A stretch of DNA of 64,000 bases. Origin: Octopus sinensis (Eukaryota). Location of the stretch: contig NC_043015.1 of the NCBI RefSeq assembly GCF_006345805.1, positions 7,936,001-8,000,000 of the forward strand, written 5' to 3'. Numbering within the stretch: the stretch's first letter is position 1; each line of letters opens with the position of its first letter. Both the position numbers and the translations under genes were made by a program. Positions 1 to 12,379 of this stretch are shown here, in pieces. The notes below the pieces were generated by a model. The model did no database searches. It was given only the letters and a program-made list of their open reading frames with translations, and was not told the origin of the DNA.

Positions 1-901
1 AGAGTGTGAGATCGTGGAGGTGCGTTAGTGCGAAATCTTATGTGTTTGCGGGTTGAGATAATTTATTGTTTTTTGTTCACGGAGTTTAGTTACACAAAAC
101 TGCACACACACACACACACGTGTACGCCAACAAGGTAAAATCATACACAGAATAAACAGACGTATACATATAGAAGGAAATGATCGTGTATATGTGCGTG
201 TGTGTGTGCGCGCGTGTATAGAGGGAGATAGACGAATAGGAGAAAAGAGAGATGAATTTCTGATAAAAAATCACTGTCCTGCGTAGAAAGTTTTATATAC
301 TTCTCTCTCTCTCTGTATATATATATACATACACACATATGTATAAATATATATATGCATATATAGATATTTGCACAAACACATTTGTATAAAGACACAC
401 ATACGAATATATGAATATACATATATATTTGTATATATATTTCCATGTATATATGTGTGTGTGCGCTTGTCCATTTCTGTATATGTGATTGATTGTGTGT
501 GTTTAATGCTATTTTGCAGAGCGCAACGAGTTTTCATTTAAAACTTATCTGAAAGTCTAAAAGGTATATATGGCTTCTGAATTTGATTTTCACATACGAA
601 TTCTTTTTCTTATAAGAAATAAGAGAAAGATATATTTGGTTTGCTTTTTCATGCAAAGCAACACTTTTTTTTATCTTTTAGATAGGACTGAATCATATTT
701 GCTATGAAATTTCTGCAAGTATATCAATGCTATATCCTTATCTAATACCATTGACAAATCAATATATATATATTACGGCGAATGTTATATTATCGAGCCC
801 CAGAAACGATGTGGTTGATTTTGGAGAAGTACTGTTCTTAATAAAGAACAAAAAAAAAAGGAAACAATCAATTCAGAATGTAAAACGTGAACGCAGTTAA
901 G

Positions 902-933
<32 letters not shown>

Positions 934-1055
934 TCATGAAGGTGTTAGGTGTAAATATGCATTGTTATTAGTATTTAGTTGTTAACGTTCTCAGTTCTGA
1001 TGAAATAAATAGTAGTTAAGGACTAGAGTCGACGTAATCCACATACTCCTTCTGT

Positions 1056-1365
1056 GGAGGTATATGGCCTAGTAGTTAGAGCAGCGGACTCGCGGTCGAG
1101 GGATCGCGGGTTCGAATCTTAGACCGGACGATGTGTGCGTTTATGAGCGAAACACCTAAGCTCCACGCGAGGCTCCGGCAGAAGGTAATGGCGAACTTCT
1201 GCTGACTCTTTCGCCACAATTGTCTCTCATTTGTTCCTCCTGCATCTTGCAGCTCACCTGCGACGGGCCAGGTGGGGAACCTATACGCCAAGGAAACCGG
1301 GAAACCGACCCTTATGAGCCAGGAATGGCTCGAGAAGGAACAAACAAACAAACAACAAACATACA
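1056..1365 (+). mobile_element. tRNA-derived SINE, Arg(TCG)-like head, full length, with (CAAA)n tail
   Basis: A-box TGGCCTAGTAG, anticodon-like gacTCGcggtc, B-box GGTTCGAATC. The first ~180 nt align with the head of the SINE at 62541-62926. Ends in aaacaaacaaacaac. Confidence 0.88.
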
Positions 1366-1925
1366 CTTTCTCTCAAACTTACTGGCCTTGTGAAACCCCT
1401 ATTGGTATTTAGTTCAAGGGTAACCGAAATCGACTACTCTTACGATGAAAATAATTCTATCCATGACTATCCTGCTTTTTACCTTAAAATATGTGCCAAG
1501 ATTCAGTTAATCCAACGTGTTCTAAACTATTATTCATCAGCCCAGTAGGCATGCTAGTCGTCGGGGCAGCATCTTGCATAATATTATAGTATTAATATAT
1601 ATTACTGTGTGATGCCGTTCTAACTAATTTTGTTTCGGAATATTACAGTCGAATGCGAAAACTCATCAAGATTTACAAATTATTAATAGTGCGTTAATTG
1701 ATTTATCGTCTCCTGCGAATTTACGTATTTGTTGGAATTCTCTTTTGTTTGTTTTTTTTTTTTGATTTGCTATATTATTCTTTTTGGTTATTGAAATTTT
1801 GAGGGAAATTTTACTTTTAATGTAAAAGAGGGATACAGACTCGTAAGGCCAGTTTTCTGGATTCTGTAATGTATGCATTCCCTCATGTTATTGATGATTG
1901 TCGGTCACATGATTATTTACACAAA

Positions 1926-2047
1926 TTAGTGGCGTGGACTAGAGCAACGTAAAATAAGGTATTTCGCTCTAGAACACAATGCAGAAATCGAAACCACATT
2001 CTTATGATCATGAGTCAAACACACTGACCACTAAGCCATTCGCTCCC
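1926..2047 (-). mobile_element. SINE head plus central-domain remnant
   Basis: Reverse complement reads gcgaatggcttagtggtcag...gtttcgatt...ttgtgttctagagcgaaatacc...ttacgttgctctagtccac, matching the copies at 7085 and 30361. Confidence 0.7.
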
Positions 2048-2255
2048 ACTGCCATGTATCATTTTTCTTGTATTCAATATTCCTTTGATTTTATTCTTCA
2101 TTGTATGTGAGATGTTAATTGCGGCCTTATATTTCTACAGATGCCATTACCTAGTAGCGGTTTTCTAGTTTTATAGTTTAGTAGCGCTATTTGATATCAG
2201 ATCTAAGTGAATTGGCGCTCAAATCATGAGTATCCAATCGTTCTCTGGTTACTTA

Positions 2256-2455
2256 TGACTGGCACTCCATCGATTACGCCGACGAAGATTACAGTCGATC
2301 CGATCAAAGGAACGGCCTGCTCGTGAAATTAATGTGAAAGTGACCGAGCACTCTACAGACACGAAGTAGTTAGGGTTATGGTTACACTGAATGTGACAAG
2401 GTTGTCCCTTTGAAATACAAGTAAAATTTGGCTCATATTTTTCCAACTGAGTGGT
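2256..2455 (-). mobile_element. SINE 3' tail fragment
   Basis: Matches the tail of 62541-62725 (gcactcc...cctgctcgtgaaattaa...gagcactc.acagacac...ccctttgaaatac). Confidence 0.75.
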
Positions 2456-3958
2456 AATATATGAAACATGCCCAAATATATGACTATTCCTACTATTCAA
2501 TTAGTTTTCATCGGAAAGGCTGAATCTTGTTTTTATATTAGGGAAATAGTTAGTTTTTGCTCACTAATACAAAATTATTATTTCATAATAACCGAGTCAT
2601 AAGTGAAGGCTGAATGGAATATTATTTGTGTTCAACATACTGATGCGGTATGAAAATTTGGCATCAGGATTAATCAGATAGAGATGTTGACTATAATGTT
2701 GTCGGGCGAATAATAACTGAATGGAGCAATATAAGGAACGTAAATCTAATGAAATACGGACCAGTCTTGGTTTCGACTGCGAAGGATCAACATCGAGATT
2801 CCTCTTAATTCTTAAAATATATGTGATATACACATATTGGATGTAATTTTCTTGGCACCCTTGTAAAAGAGAATTAAAATATAATATATAATTTCGGTAC
2901 GTTTGACGTCTGTTATTTCCCATGTTTGGAATTTTTTTAATGATACTGTCCAGTCACATGAATTTGCTGTTCTGAAATAAAATTTATAATAATATCTGTG
3001 TATATATGTTCAAAACATACACACATATATATGTTTGTGTGCGCGCGTGCATATGTTTACGTGAGCATGCGCGTGTGGTTCAATGTATTCACTGCAAAGC
3101 ATGCTAACTACATCATTTCCACTAAATTTCGGTTAACATCAATATAAATTCCTGTGTCAAACAAGCAATTTTCTCTAACTTTATTCCCAACGTAACTTTA
3201 AGGAGCCTGATTTATGCTGAATTAATACCGACTTCGTACAGAGACGTTTACATGCGTATTTATATATACTTCCATCCGATTAATTTAAGGCTATGCTTAA
3301 TAGCTCATACTTTTAAGACTTTTGACTTGATTGCCGTGTTAGTTCGCAGACGTAGAAACAAAATATGGATCGATAAATTCCATCAGAAACGGACATTCAA
3401 ATGAAATATAGGAATTGACATGTGTGCGTATATCAACATATCAAAGTTAATGTGGTGGTTCCTAATGAGCTTATGAATATAATATAATAAATTCGTTAGC
3501 ACAAATTAATACAATTCCGTTTTTCTCATTTAACAAACGAATATTACTGCAGCGCACGTAATTGTAAGGAAATCTATACATAATAAGCCTTTTATGAGAT
3601 TCTTTAATCTATTTAGCAATACAGATTTTTAAAAAATCCTTTTATGAAATTAAAGGAACGTTGTGTAAGAGGAAGCATTAACATTTTTTTCTACGATTCA
3701 ATATTTTGCGTTCATACTTCATATGGAATACAATTAATTTTTCATAGTTATATGTAAGTGCAATTATAATATTATGCTCAAGTATAGTTCTGTATATGTG
3801 TGAATTTGTGTCGCTCTTTATGTTAATTTAATTTTAAATTACTGGTATATTAATTGTGTTATAAATTCGTACGCATATTTCCATATACTTCCAAACAGAT
3901 AGATATATCTCACCTTATAATTATATACCACCTAATTTATTAAACTATCTCATATGCA

Positions 3959-3998
<40 letters not shown>

Positions 3999-4079
3999 CA
4001 TACACATATATACGTATTATACTCATATAAGTCTATATACACACCCATATACCCACACATGCGTATATATATATATATA

Positions 4080-4272
4080 CTTAATCCAAACATGAAAACA
4101 CAACAACGTGAGAACGTAGAACAAATATAGTATTATTGGATGCTCAGGAAGGAAGGGAAGAAGGAGGGTTTTACGTTTCGAGCGGAGCTCTTTGTCAGAA
4201 ACATAGGAAAAGGAAAGATCCAGAGAAGGGAAGACGGAGGAAAAAATCGCCAACGGTACACACGCGGTCGTG
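4080..4272 (-). mobile_element. Short Penelope-like/retrozyme-like repeat with a minimal hammerhead motif
   Basis: Minus strand gttt-CTGACAA-A-GAGC-tcc-GCTC-GAAA-CGTA-aaac (4168-4202), then TTCCTGAGC...AATAC. The 3' end abuts a (TA)n tract. Confidence 0.65.
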
Positions 4273-5844
4273 TGCATATACTTGAATATATCATATACTT
4301 TTCAAATACAAGTAGGCCTCAAACGACTCCAGGGATTTCTTATTTTCGTTCCTTAGTCAAATGACACAACGTTATTTCAGATTCGCGTGCATATATTTCG
4401 ATCATATAAACCCAAGTTAAAAACTGTCTGTTCATAACATTTTTACATTTTGTGTGACATTAAGAATCATTGAAAAATCGAATGTAAAATTAAAAAGTAA
4501 TTAGAGGAGAAGTGACAGAAGGATGAGTAACAATTTATGTAAAATGAGAGAATAAGCAAAGAGTGATTATGAGGTAAAAAAAATGCCAATGAAAAATTGG
4601 ATCTTGATATTCTCTAAGAATGCCAGCAGACTTATATTTATCGGTTAATTTATGTGGACGCAGTCAATTGATTGCTTCTGACCGCTTTCACCTGTGGATG
4701 GAATCTGAGTTCTTTGTATTAGAGAAATAAAAATATGGATAATAGATCTCATTCTCTTGGACCCGACTTCGTTTTGGTTATTAGTTTAAAGAGTTTTCAG
4801 GTTTTCCTATGAACTGTATTAATTAAGCATCGCCCAATTTAGACCATATGCAAGCATTTTAACTTCATAAAATGAAAAAAAAAGCTATAATAATTTGAAT
4901 TATAGTCTTCAGTTATTCAGTAAACAAAGTCTTGTCTCCCTCCATAGGTTAAGTCTTTCCACGGCAAATATTGTCACGTATATATCTTACTTAATTGAAA
5001 TCTGCTGCAATTTCTAAAGATTCCATGGGACTCCGTATCTTTCTTATACTCTCTTCCCTATCTCTCTCTCTCTTCCCTGTTTCCCTGTTTGAAAAATGCT
5101 TATATTATTCTTCGTCCTCTCTCTTGCTTTTCATTATTTTTCTAGATTTATTCGTATGATTTGTGTTTTTTTTTTACCTCTCACATTTCTTCATTTTCTT
5201 TTTACGCTTTCTTATTGTTGTTTTTATTTCTTCATTCAGGTTACTTTCCTGTTCCTCTACACATTCTTTCGTGTTTCTCCTACACGTGTAACCAATAAAC
5301 CTGTTTTCATTTTCTATAGCGATTGTAAGATCAGGATCAATGACTTCAGAAATATACAAGCTAGATTAAAGAACTTCTTCGTCAGAAAATCTAAGAAAGT
5401 AAATGTGGTGCACCTCGTAGCAATTCATACACTTTTATATCTGAATAAATAATATTATAATGGTCTATCAAAGAATATTGAGCTATTTCATCGTTATATG
5501 TGTCTCACACAGCTGTGAATACTCCTTCGACTTAATAGCTACTCAACGATTTCATGTAGTTGTATGGTGTGAACGGAAATTTCTACTGAAACGAAGATTT
5601 TAAGCATGATGGTTCCTATTCATGTTTCTTATTTGATAGCAGAGCTCGTGATGGGATAGCACACTTACTGTGCTGTTTATGATGACAACTAGTGTAAGGA
5701 GTTTAATGCACAGTCTGTCTAGAGGGTTACGATATTCAAAATGTTATTGCTACCATTAAGACTCGATAAATTCATATATTTTAAATGTAATTTCTTTGTG
5801 ATTTCTATAGTGCAAAGATTCATCAACACTTTTCACAGACAGAG

Positions 5845-5880
<36 letters not shown>

Positions 5881-6076
5881 CCACACGCACACAAGCTCTC
5901 TCGCATATGTGTGCGTGTGGGCGTGTGACTTCAGTATGGTTTGAATTTGTATCTGCTGATCAAATAACTCATTCATGTGTTTGTGTGTGAGTGATAATGT
6001 GAACGCAGGTACTTTCAAGTTTTCAAGAGTGCATGTATGCATGCATATATATATACATACATATATATATATATAC

Positions 6077-6109
<33 letters not shown>

Positions 6110-6167
6110 ATTGTGTGTGTATGTGTATGTTTGTGTGTGTGTGTGTGTGTGTGTTGTGTATGTGTGT

Positions 6168-6438
6168 GTGAAGGCAAGTGGCCTAGTGGTTAGCCTGTTG
6201 CTCTCACGGTCGCTAGATTGTGGGTTTGATTCTCCGAGTGAGCAGTGTGTTGTGTTCTTGAGCAAGATACTCCCTCATATTGCTGAATTCCTCTTTCGAT
6301 CAGGGGTGATTGTTGACTTCCTCGCCTAACCGGCGGGATGCCGTTATTTCAAGGCTGAATCAATGCAAAAGCGCATTCTGACCGTCCATGTGTAACAACA
6401 TTTGATAGCCTGGTCGGTCCCGTGATTACGTAATTTAC
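6168..6438 (+). mobile_element. tRNA-derived SINE, copy 1 of the duplication
   Basis: gtgaaggcaagTGGCCTAGTGGttag...gggTTTGATTC, then ttgtgttcttgagcaag central motif and a tail ending gattacgtaatttac(at)n. Confidence 0.8.
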
Positions 6439-6457
6439 ATATATATATAATATATAT

Positions 6458-6501
<44 letters not shown>

Positions 6502-6557
6502 ATTGTGTGTGTATGTGTATGTTTGTGTGTGTGTGTGTGTGTGTTGTGTATGTGTGT

Positions 6558-6825
6558 GTGAAGGCAAGTGGCCTAGTGGTTAGCCTGTTGCTCTCACGGT
6601 CGCTAGATTGTGGGTTTGATTCTCCGAGTGAGCAGTGTGTTGTGTTCTTGAGCAAGATACTCCCTCATATTGCTGAATTCCTCTTTCGATCAGGGGTGAT
6701 TGTTGACTTCCTCGCCTAACCGGCGGGATGCCGTTATTTCAAGGCTGAATCAATGCAAAAGCGCATTCTGACCATCCATGTGTAACAACATTTGATAGCC
6801 TGGTCGGTCCCGTGATTACGTAATT

Positions 6826-6828
<3 letters not shown>
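6558..6828 (+). mobile_element. tRNA-derived SINE, copy 2 of the duplication
   Basis: Near-identical to 6168-6438. Confidence 0.8.
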
Positions 6829-6868
<40 letters not shown>

Positions 6869-7084
6869 CAGTCTTCCATCGAAAACAGCACTTGTCTAGA
6901 TTTCTTTTGTTTAACTTCCTCTTTCATATTTCCGTATCGTGAAATTCTTATGTCTATCAACACGTCATAACCTTAAATGTATTGTATTGTGTATGAGATG
7001 GATGCGTTATTTACCTACGCATTGCAATATCTGGTGTAATACGGCTACCAGTTTTCAACAATTCATATCCTGCTATTATACCAC

Positions 7085-7240
7085 TGTGGAGGCGCGTGTC
7101 TTAGTGGTTAGGGTGTCATCATCATGAACGTAAGACTGTGGTTTCGATTCCTGGACCGGGCGACGCGTTGTGTTCTTGACCAAAACACTTCATTTCACGT
7201 TGCTCCAGTCCACTCAGCTGGCAACAATGAGTAACACTGC
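7085..7240 (+). mobile_element. SINE head plus central domain, 3'-truncated
   Basis: tgtggaggcgcgtgtcttagtggttagg...gtttcgattcc...ttgtgttcttgacc...ttcacgttgctccagtccactcagctggc. Confidence 0.85.
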
Positions 7241-8681
7241 TGGCGAAGAAATTGATTTGGGTAATATCAAAGTTCATTTTATTTCAAAGGTAAGATAGTT
7301 AAAGGCATTTATGTATGAAGAAAAGTGAGTTAATTACAAAAGAATATGAGGCATATGAAATATTTAACTCAAGTCAGAAAGAGAAACATCTGAAGTAAAA
7401 TATATTTCTGACACAAAACTGGGAGCAGTGAATATTAGGACAACAAACTATTTTTAGAATTTGTTATCGCGTAATGCGCAAGAAAATTAGAAACCTGTAA
7501 GGTAAAAACAAATTTGCTCACTACGCTTCTGAATGTTATCAAAATATTTGCTTTTAAAAAACAGAAAATTTTTGTTTACGTATCGCCTGAATCTTGTTTA
7601 CTTTGCATATGAAAATGAAATTGTAAAAGATAAAACTCGTGGATAATTTTATTTTCGATTAAACATAGCAGGATATTTTATATGGCAGATAAAAATGTTA
7701 ACAGCATGAAATATTAAAAATCACTGGAATCTCTGAAAAGTGAAGTTCAAAATGTAATATGCTTTCGGATGACAAGATTAAGCAACAGGAGCGTGTCATA
7801 GCAATATGTATGATCTTGGTGCAATGTTTGAAACTCATGTACTGGTAAGTTCTCTACTCTTTTTTACGTTAAGCATTTAGTTTTTTTTCGATCAACTCAG
7901 TTTGTGTTCATGATATTAATATGAACAAGTTTCTACATTCTACATCTACATATAATTCTAATACAATTCTCCGGTGAAAAAAAAAATTGGTGCAGAATGA
8001 AAAGATAAGACACTTGAATTAGGGACAAATTTCAAGAAGACGAAGAGAGAGAGAGAGAGAGGGGAGAGGGGAGGGAGAAAAGAAAGAGCGAGAGATAGGT
8101 GGGAAGAGAGTTTGAGGCGGCGGTATCAGTATCGATACCAACCATTGGCTTCTGAACACCAATAAGACAAAACGATTAAGAATAAAGCTGACCCTCAATG
8201 AACACCGCAAATTACTTCTTTTCCAGAACGTCGACCGATTCCAACAGATTTATATGATTCTAGAAAATCAAGAATAACATCCACTGTAGAATATACTGCA
8301 ACGCCTTTACTGGTTATTATTTCAAACGTACCAGCCGCTAGATACAGCAGCCAAATCGTTACTCAAAAGAACGCCTTAACTAAAATAACCGTTGGATAAA
8401 CTAGTCTGAAACAGTAAGTCAGAAAAGGAACAGAAAAAAGGAATGTTTTTTTAGCTGCAATACTTTGGGAAATAGGTCAGCACCATTAGGATTAGCTTTG
8501 AGGAAGTAGGAAATGCAGCAGAAACCGTTTTTACTCCATCGGTTTGAACTTTACATCGAACTCTTCTCTTCTGTTCCCCTCTGCCACCGCTCTTACTCAC
8601 TTTCTTTCTCTCTCTCTCTCTCTTTGTATATGTAAATATATATATATATATACACGTGTGTATATATAAGCACACACATAC

Positions 8682-8721
<40 letters not shown>

Positions 8722-9240
8722 TATGTAAGTGGGGGGGGAGAGAGATAGACAGACACACACACACACACACACACCCACACACACACATTCTTTCAATCAG
8801 GTTGTATTTCCTAGCCATCTCTATACTACTGCGTTGAAACTTTCCTCCTTTTCCGTAACGGGGTCACCATTTCCACCTTGCAAATTGTAAATGCTATAAA
8901 TCTCAATGTAAATAAAGTATTTTTGCGTTGAACAACATGCAAGAATATCACATAGGGAGAATACAATTTTTCTTGCTTCCTATTTGTATAAATCAAAGTG
9001 TTTTCTTGTTTTTGGCAAATATCAGACTTTTAACAGTATGTTGATGTATTAAAATAAACAGATGAAACTAGAATGCCTTTTTTTTTTGGCGATTTTGATA
9101 TTGTTACATATAAGTACACTACAGAGTTTGAAGAAATTAGTACACTGTGCAACGTTAATTCGTTTGCTACAAGAAAGACACATCTAGCGATTTGGACAAA
9201 ATATTTCGTTTGTCATATATTTTATAGTAACGTGTAAGAG

Positions 9241-9395
9241 TATTCAAAATCTTGATATTTTACTTACGGTGAGGGAAAATATGATTTATATATACATGCT
9301 GCCAAATAAATCTGTAAATATTCAAAATCTTGATATTTTCTACACGGTGAGAGAAATATAATTTATATGTGCATGCTGCCAAAGAAACTTGTTGA
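9241..9395. repeat. Diverged tandem duplication, period 78 bp
   Basis: tattcaaaatcttgatatttt...acggtgag...catgctgccaaa occurs at 9241 and at 9319. Confidence 0.9.
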
Positions 9396-9583
9396 TACGT
9401 AAAATGATAGAAATATTATTTTAATCTATTGCTCGTCTACGTAAATTAGAATCAGACTGTGTTATAAACTTTAAAGTTCTTTTACTATTAAGGGTGAACT
9501 AAAATATCACTTCAATATTTAAAATGAATGCGTAATAAATCTGAAATATATCTCACTGCATTTGATATATTCTCTCTACTATA

Positions 9584-9715
9584 GGCACAAGGCCTGGGAT
9601 TTGAGGGGTGGTGATGGTCGTCATATCAACAGCGGTACTGGACTGGTATTTAATTTATTGATCCCGAAAGGATTAACCGTAAATTTGATCGTGGCGGAAT
9701 TTGAAGAGAGACCTC
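9584..9715 (-). mobile_element. Old SINE remnant (ggcggcgagctggcag family)
   Basis: ggcacaaggcctg...ctggtatttaatttattgatcccgaaaggat...ggcggaatttgaa matches 10943-11360 and 54271-54485. Confidence 0.7.
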
Positions 9716-9725
9716 ACTATATACA

Positions 9726-9771
<46 letters not shown>

Positions 9772-9773
<2 letters not shown>

Positions 9774-9936
9774 CGCAGGAGTGGCTGTGTGGTAAGTAGC
9801 TTGCTAACTAACCACATGGTTCCGGGTTCAGTGCCACTGCGTGGCATCTTAGGCAAGTATCTTCTGCTATATCCCCGGGCGGACCAATGCCTTGTGAGTG
9901 GATTTGGTAGACGGAAACTGAAAGAAGCCTGTCGTA

Positions 9937-9983
<47 letters not shown>

Positions 9984-10195
9984 TTGTGTGTCCGTGTTTG
10001 TCCCTCCACAACATTGCTTGACAACCGATGCTGGTGTGTTTATGTCCCCGTCACGTAGCGGTTCGGCAAAAGAGACCGATAGAATAAGTACTGGGCTTAC
10101 AAAGAATAAGTCCTGGGGTCGATTTGCTCGACTAAAGGTGGTGCTCCAGCATGGCCGCAGTCAAATGACTGAAACAAGTAAATGAGTAAAAGAGT
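9772..10195 (+). mobile_element. tRNA-derived SINE with an internal (TA)n(TG)n microsatellite (ggcgcaggagtggct family)
   Basis: Head ggcgcaggagTGGCTGTGTGGtaag...GGTTCAGTGCC, ttaggcaagtatctt central motif, internal microsatellite, tail ending gactgaaacaagtaaa(tgag)taaaagag. Paralogues at 50821, 58675 and 59717. Confidence 0.92.
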
Positions 10196-10942
10196 ATACA
10201 CATATATACGTCTGCGTGTGTATGTACGTACTGCATCGTCATTTATATACATTGAATTGCCACGTTTTAATATTTAAGGCACAGTCGTTCGCCAACGTGA
10301 CATTTCATTTCTAAATGCACAATTTACTTGTAAAGTATGATAGATTGGGAAATATTTTAACATTAATAATTATATAATGCCAGTTTGGTGTCAATATACC
10401 ATTCTTTCGCATCATACAATTTGATATCTTAAACTTTATAAGTGTTGGCAGTAACGTGACGTCTGATTTAATTATAATCTTCTTATCAATTTTTACCACG
10501 GCATTTTGAGTTTTCTATAAATTAATTTATGCTCTGTTCTTTATATAAAATCGATTATTCAAATCAAAAACTAAATCCTGGATACTCACAATTGAAATTT
10601 TATTCCATAAATTTTTAAGAAACCAAAGAATGGGATATTATATTTAATTGTATGATTTAATCCTAGCATGAAATCAGACAAAAGGCAACCGTTAAAATAT
10701 AAATTATAGTTCCTGTTAATGGTAAATGGATTAAAATATTCCATGTTACTCTCTCGTTCAAATATACTACGTTGACAGCTCTTCCGATGCAGAAAGAAAA
10801 ATAGCCATGAGTCTATGCATTATAAATACACAAGAGAAACACGAATATGGATGTACAATGTATTTTTGAAAATCCACAGCAGAAATCTAGAATCAATTTT
10901 GTGAAGTTTTAATATAAACATATAATTCTTTTGTTTTTAGCT

Positions 10943-11360
10943 TCTTATTTCTTTATTGCCCACAAGGGGCTAAACATAGAGGGGACAAACAAGGACAGAC
11001 AAACGGATTAAGTCGATTATATCGACTCAGTGCGTAACTGGTACTTAATTTAACGACCCCGAAAGTATTAAAGGCAAAGTCGACCTCGGCGGAATTTGAA
11101 CTCAGAACGTAATGTCAGACGAAATACCTGTTTCTTTGCTACCCACAAGGGGCTAAACACAGAGAGGACAAACAAGGACAGACAAACGGATTAAGTCGAT
11201 TATAACGACCCCAGTGCGTAATTGGTACTTATTTAATCGACCCCCGAAAGGATGAAAGGCAAAGTCAACATCGGCGGAATTTGAACTCAGAACGTAGCGG
11301 CAGACGAAATACCGCTAAGCAGTTCGCCCGGTGTGCTAACGTTTCTGCCAGCTGGCCACC
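10943..11360 (-). mobile_element. Head-to-tail SINE dimer (ggcggcgagctggcag family; central domain recalled as MetaSINE-like)
   Basis: Complete unit 11129-11360 followed on the minus strand by a second unit 10943-11128 lacking about 45 nt of head. Both carry gccgaggtcgactttgcctttcatcctttcggggtcg-like sequence. Confidence 0.9.
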
Positions 11361-11610
11361 TTTGTTTTTAAATTCTTTTAGTCCTTACACTGCGAACATG
11401 TGAGGGTTACCACCTTCAAGGGTTTAAATGAATAAAACTACCCCAGTACTTATCTTGTTCTAATCTTGTGTCTTATTCTACTAATCAAAACACCTGTATA
11501 ATCATTAGCGTACCAGCGAAGGGGCCTTGCACACGAAGTTGAAAATAATTTGTTTATGAATCAAGAGCATCCTTTAAAATAATTACCACTAACCTTTTAT
11601 CACCTATTTT

Positions 11611-11654
<44 letters not shown>

Positions 11655-11661
11655 TATATAT

Positions 11662-11815
11662 AAACCGGTGATTACCGTGCGTTGACAAGAGGCATATACC
11701 CCGAAACTGCGGTCAAAGCCCTGTTCCATTTCTATTCCTGAACGCCATACTAATACAATTGTTTGTTTGTACTCTACCCGCCTTCGTCTTTTGTTTATTT
11801 TCGTAAATCTTCCCG

Positions 11816-11817
<2 letters not shown>
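11662..11817 (+). mobile_element. Short Penelope-like/retrozyme-like repeat inserted in (TA)n, with a hammerhead-like motif
   Basis: TTGACAA-GAGG-catata-CCCC-GAAA-CTGCGGTC at 11682-11714. Tail 11735-11817 is about 90% identical to 56057-56138 (minus). (TA)n on both sides. Confidence 0.65.
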
Positions 11818-11848
<31 letters not shown>

Positions 11849-12379
11849 GCTAAACTACGTAGATCTTACTTGAGTTAGCTGTACACTATACTCCTCTGTT
11901 TCTGCGACAAAAGCTAAATATTATTTTCCTGAAATGATGCGCACACACAAAAATCAAGACACGTAGAAGCCATTTGACATTGCCAATATGGAACTGTCTT
12001 CTCAGTCGTCTTAAAATTATAAGGCATATTTTAAGCTGAAAGCGTCACGAAAAGGTTAATTTTATTTTCTCTTTCGTTGTGCAAATACACTTGACACTTG
12101 AAGACTATAGTGTAAATTATTCAATTATCTGTAATACTTAAAAATTTGTTGCCTGCTTTTATCAAGCTGGACAATTTGAAATCAGTTTTTCCCTCTATGC
12201 TTTGCTAATTCATACGTGTACTTTAACAACAAACTCTTTAACACTTGCTGTTTTATATCAAATAGAATTATTTTCTTTTATACTCATTGTACATATGAAA
12301 TTATTTCCTCGTTAAAAACTCCTCTATGTTAATAAAAGGCTAATTAATGATGAACGTCACCACGTTTAAGGGCTAATTA

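Larger units (their letters stand above)
6050..6865. repeat. Tandem duplication, period 390 bp, with microsatellite junctions
   Basis: 6168-6438 equals 6558-6828 except one substitution I could find (g6384 / a6774). The (TA)n(TG)n tract preceding each copy is also repeated. Confidence 0.97.

Noticed and set aside
1056-1130. tRNA-Arg gene (also the heads at 62855-62926, 32517, 30361 and others)
   Set aside because: A and B boxes are present, but there is no acceptor stem or terminator, and the heads run into SINE bodies.
7760-8420. Plus-strand GTAAGT donors at about 7845 and 8414 with a GA tract and CCAAT-like motif (possible first exons)
   Set aside because: Short motifs are expected by chance; no supporting acceptor chain or recognisable peptide.
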